Origin: Candidatus Heimdallarchaeota archaeon
Lineage (GTDB): Archaea; Asgardarchaeota; Heimdallarchaeia; Heimdallarchaeales; Heimdallarchaeaceae
Length of the DNA stretch: 10,314 nt
Direction: 5' to 3'
Assembly: GCA_030668875.1 (NCBI GenBank)
Contig: DAOVER010000078.1
Span: forward strand, 1 to 10,314
Under the pieces are notes generated by a model, which ran no database searches, had not been told where the DNA came from, and saw only the letters and a list, made by a program, of their open reading frames with translations. The position numbers and the translations under genes are program-made. Position 1 is the stretch's first letter. Every line of letters starts with the position of its first letter. Shown here in pieces: positions 7,206 through 10,314 of this stretch.

Positions 7206-7337
7206 CTATATGAAAAAGGCTATGGGCTTCTTTTGTTAAGTTATTGAAAATTTCAGGTAGAATAAAAGAAGATTGTAAATATGTATAGAACTAAGATAGA
7301 CATAAAAATAGACAAAATATACTTAAGTGGAGAACTG

Positions 7338-8186
7338 ATGCAATTCAATAAAAGCATTGTTGAAATTATCACTAAACGCAGATCTGTTAGGACTTATGAT
7401 GTAACCAAAGAAGTTGAACAGGATAAAATTAAGATTATCAAGGAATCTATGATTGAGGAGAGAACAGTAGGTTTTCGATTTGATATAGTTACATTTAGCG
7501 AATTAAAGTCAAGAAAAGAAAGATTGGGGACGTACGGTTTCATTAGGGGTGCGGGTGTATTCATGGTGGGGATAATGAATGAGGATTACGGTGATAGAAA
7601 AAACCAATCCATTAACTTTGGGAGAATTTTCGAGAGAATTATTTTGAAAGCTACAGATCTAGGGTTAGGAACTTGTTGGATGGTTTCAACATTTAATAGG
7701 AAGCGACTAGCCCAGAGAATAAGTTTAGAAGATTATGAACATTTTGCCATTGTATCACCACTAGGTTATTCTGCATTGAAGAAAAGACCTGTTGAAAGAA
7801 TAATGCGTCAGATACCAAAATCAGATCAACGAAAACCTTGGGAAGAACTCTTTTTCCACAGTGATTTTAAAACACCCTTGGTTAGAGAAGACACGGGTGA
7901 ATATAGCATTGCACTTGAGATGTTGCGACTGTCTCCATCAGCTGCAAATACGCAACCATGGCGAATAATAAAGCAGAACAAGGGGTTTGATCTATTTGTG
8001 TCTAAAGATACTAGAGGAGAACGCCATGTAATTGATTGTAACTACAATGATGTAGGCATCGCTATGTGTCACTTTGAATTGACAGCTGAAGAGATAGGAT
8101 TAACGGGTGAATGGAAAATAGACCCCGAAAAGAATAATGTTCTAGGACACAAAATGGAATATGTAAGTACTTGGAAAATAATATGA
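7338..8186 (+). CDS. Nitroreductase family protein (two-domain, TM1586-like), about 282 aa
   Basis: FMN motif I.KRRSVRTY, GTYGFIRGA, IL.AT.LGLGTCW, L.LSPSAAN.QPW and DVGIA.CHFEL. Start moved to the ATG at 7338 (MQFNKSIVEII), which is preceded by GGAG at 7329-7332. The ATG at 7281 remains an alternative. Confidence 0.9.
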   Translation: MQFNKSIVEIITKRRSVRTYDVTKEVEQDKIKIIKESMIEERTVGFRFDIVTFSELKSRKERLGTYGFIRGAGVFMVGIMNEDYGDRKNQSINFGRIFERIILKATDLGLGTCWMVSTFNRKRLAQRISLEDYEHFAIVSPLGYSALKKRPVERIMRQIPKSDQRKPWEELFFHSDFKTPLVREDTGEYSIALEMLRLSPSAANTQPWRIIKQNKGFDLFVSKDTRGERHVIDCNYNDVGIAMCHFELTAEEIGLTGEWKIDPEKNNVLGHKMEYVSTWKII

Positions 8187-8206
8187 GGGAATTTCTAAAT
8201 TAGCAT

Positions 8207-8240
8207 ATTTTTTGAAAAATAAAGAAAAAGGAAAAAAAGG
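8207..8240. terminator. Putative bidirectional oligo-T terminator region between convergent genes
   Basis: T6 at 8208-8213 on +, and A-runs (A5, A5, A7) at 8215-8238 that read as T-tracts on - right after the malic enzyme stop. Confidence 0.55.
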
Positions 8241-8242
8241 GC

Positions 8243-9604
8243 TTATTCGATAGGAGGTTTAATAAAACCGTTGTCCATCAAGCTCTTAGTAAGACTGCGA
8301 GCTTCATCAATACGTTCTTTTGCAAGAGCATAGATTTCTTCCTCTGTCAGTATGGTACGAGCAACACCTTGTTCGATAGCTTTCATACCGACTTTAGATG
8401 CAACATAGGGGAAGATTTCAACATCATCCATTGAAGGAATAACGAAATCATCTCTAAGACCCTTCTTCTCTGCAACTTCAGCAATAGCACGAGCAGCTTC
8501 GACACACATCTCATCAGTAATAGTACTAGCATTAACATCGAGTGTTCCTCTGAAAATACCTGGAAAACCAAGACTATTATTAACCTGATTTGGAAAGTCG
8601 CTTCGACCGGTACCAACAACTCTAGCACCAGCTTCTTTCGCGTCCCAAGGCCAAATTTCAGGAAGAGGATTTGCACAAGCGAAAACAATTGCTTCTTCTG
8701 CCATGTTGGATATCCATTCCTTTTTGATTGTACCTGGTTCAGATTTGGAAGCGGAAATAAGAACATCAGCACCTTGGAGAGCTACATTAAAATCACCAGT
8801 AATTCCTTCTGGATTGGTCTTTTGTGCTAAATCGTATTTGAAAGTGTCATAGTCTTTCTGCTCAATGATGTCAGGACGATCTTTAGTAATGATACCCTTG
8901 GAATCACACATGATAATATTCTTAAAAGGCACACCAGCAGCATGAAGAACATAAGCAGTACGAGTATTAGCAGCTCCTACACCAAGCATAGCAATCTTTA
9001 CTTCATCAAGTTTCTTACCAACATGTTTTAAAGCGCCAAGAACACCCGCAGTTATAATTGCTGCGGTTCCTTGAGCATCATCGTGCCATACTGGGATAGT
9101 AACTTCAGGATCATTACGTAAAGTCTCTAAAACTTTGTAGCATTTTGGTTTTGATATGTCTTCTAAGTTTATTCCACCAAATGAAGGTTGTATTAATTTA
9201 ACAAACTTAATTATTTCATCAGGATCTTTTGTGTCAATGCTTAATGGTACTGCATCAACACCACCTAGATATTTGAACAACAGCGCTTTTCCTTCCATAA
9301 CAGGTTGACCTGCTGCTGGACCTATATCTCCTAACCCTAGAACTCTAGTTCCATCAGAGACTACTGCAACCATATTTGCTCTGTTTGTATGTCTGTAAGA
9401 TTCTGCGGGGTCTTCTTTTATTGCCTTACAACTAGCCGCAACTCCTGGAGTATACCATACACCAAACGCATCGAAATCCCATATACTACATTTGGGAACA
9501 ACTTGTATCTTTCCTTTGTAGAATGGGTGTAACCTCAATGCATCAGCTGAAGGTTTATGTGCTCTTGCAAGCAATTCTTCTTTTGTAAATTTTTCTTCTG
9601 TCAT
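8243..9604 (-). CDS. mae: NAD(P)-dependent malic enzyme (short prokaryotic type, no PTA domain)
   Basis: YTPGVA, VAVVSDGTRVLGLGDIGP, PVMEGKALLFK, GGINLEDI, PVWHDD.QGTA, FACANP and GTGRSDFPNQVNNSLGFPGIFRG. Confidence 0.95.
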   Translation of the reverse strand: MTEEKFTKEELLARAHKPSADALRLHPFYKGKIQVVPKCSIWDFDAFGVWYTPGVAASCKAIKEDPAESYRHTNRANMVAVVSDGTRVLGLGDIGPAAGQPVMEGKALLFKYLGGVDAVPLSIDTKDPDEIIKFVKLIQPSFGGINLEDISKPKCYKVLETLRNDPEVTIPVWHDDAQGTAAIITAGVLGALKHVGKKLDEVKIAMLGVGAANTRTAYVLHAAGVPFKNIIMCDSKGIITKDRPDIIEQKDYDTFKYDLAQKTNPEGITGDFNVALQGADVLISASKSEPGTIKKEWISNMAEEAIVFACANPLPEIWPWDAKEAGARVVGTGRSDFPNQVNNSLGFPGIFRGTLDVNASTITDEMCVEAARAIAEVAEKKGLRDDFVIPSMDDVEIFPYVASKVGMKAIEQGVARTILTEEEIYALAKERIDEARSLTKSLMDNGFIKPPIE

Positions 9605-9761
9605 AATAACATCTTCGAAAATTAATAGTTACTTCACATCAAAGTATTCACCAATATATATGTTAGCATCAGACGTTAAAATTGTTGAATTTCGATATGT
9701 TGGTGATTATGTTACATTTTTGAGCATAAGATTTATTGACTTTCAATTTAATATAGCTTTA

Positions 9762-10314
9762 ATGAAGAGAAAAACTTTACTTTTCCAGGCGATTCTATTT
9801 GTTCTACTGTCTAATTCTTTTTTCCTGAATGATCTATTAAATCTGACTTTTGCTACTTTAGACGATGATGATTTTGGAGCATCAAACCTTACAAATTATA
9901 ATGCTACATCTTCTACGGAGTATTTTAACGAATCATCTTATCCACGTTATTCATTAGTATCCCAACCTATTAATTTCATTACTTATCCTCATAAAGGTTA
10001 TCCTGAGATCATCATTTTCGATGAATCTTTTGCAGTTCTTGTAAATACTACATCTGCAACTACTGATTGGGAATTCTGTCTCAAATCTGGAAGTGAAACT
10101 GTTTTCTTAAATATTTTAAATGAGAAATATGAAGATGGTTTGTGGTACTTCAATGTAAAACCAAGTATAAACTCGGCAGGTTTATTCGATCTACAGTTGA
10201 ATTGTAGTGCAGGTTCTGACTATCAGACACATTCAGTTAAAATTATGGAAGAGAAATCCTATCCTTTCAAGTTTGTTCATCTTTCTGATACTCATTTCCC
10301 CGCATATGATATCT
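9762..10314 (+). CDS. Secreted metallophosphoesterase (calcineurin-like), 3'-truncated by window edge; absent from the ORF track
   Basis: Open from ATG 9762 to the window end (184 codons): MKRKTLLFQAILFVLLSNSFF...YPHKGYPEII...GLFDLQLNCSAGSDYQTHSVKIMEEKSYPFKFVHLSDTHFPAYDI. It has a basic-plus-hydrophobic signal peptide, and FxFVHLSDTH is metallophosphoesterase motif I (DxH). Confidence 0.85.
   Translation, partial: MKRKTLLFQAILFVLLSNSFFLNDLLNLTFATLDDDDFGASNLTNYNATSSTEYFNESSYPRYSLVSQPINFITYPHKGYPEIIIFDESFAVLVNTTSATTDWEFCLKSGSETVFLNILNEKYEDGLWYFNVKPSINSAGLFDLQLNCSAGSDYQTHSVKIMEEKSYPFKFVHLSDTHFPAYDI

Noticed and set aside
8383-8772. ORF-track 129 aa Leu-rich alternative-frame ORF in the malic enzyme gene
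   Set aside because: A typical off-frame by-product of biased codon use; the apparent hydrophobicity is not independent evidence.
9064-9090. Malic enzyme variant motif HDDAQGTA (usually DDQ[H/Q]GT)
   Set aside because: A single substitution with both acidic metal ligands intact; not enough to claim altered function.
1-10314. CRISPR array, tRNA or rRNA genes, or a Cas12-like CRISPR association for the TnpB
   Set aside because: No regularly spaced 25-45 nt repeats, cloverleaf or rRNA-like sequence was seen, and intergenic gaps are all under about 165 nt.

Overview
AT-rich prokaryotic window, probably archaeal. The inference rests on TTTATA boxes about 30 nt upstream of starts, oligo-T terminators, a stand-alone receiver, and a secreted protein rich in N-glycosylation sequons. 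An Asgard-type host is plausible but cannot be proven from this window. Left to right: (1) the 3' end of a TnpB element (IS200/IS605/IS607 superfamily) with a rearranged RuvC-II site and no Zn finger, whose right end abuts the middle of a GPH-family MFS gene at about 490-494 and removes its N-terminus; (2) minus-strand genes for a soluble PAS-PAS-GAF histidine kinase, a stand-alone receiver with no ATG/GTG/TTG start, a PLDc_N small membrane protein, an ABC ATPase, an ABC-2 permease (yxlEFG-like trio) and a thioredoxin reductase with an atypical NADPH-binding motif; (3) a nitroreductase convergent with a malic enzyme; (4) an ORF missing from the supplied track, encoding a secreted metallophosphoesterase that runs off the right edge. 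No rRNA, tRNA or CRISPR array was seen.
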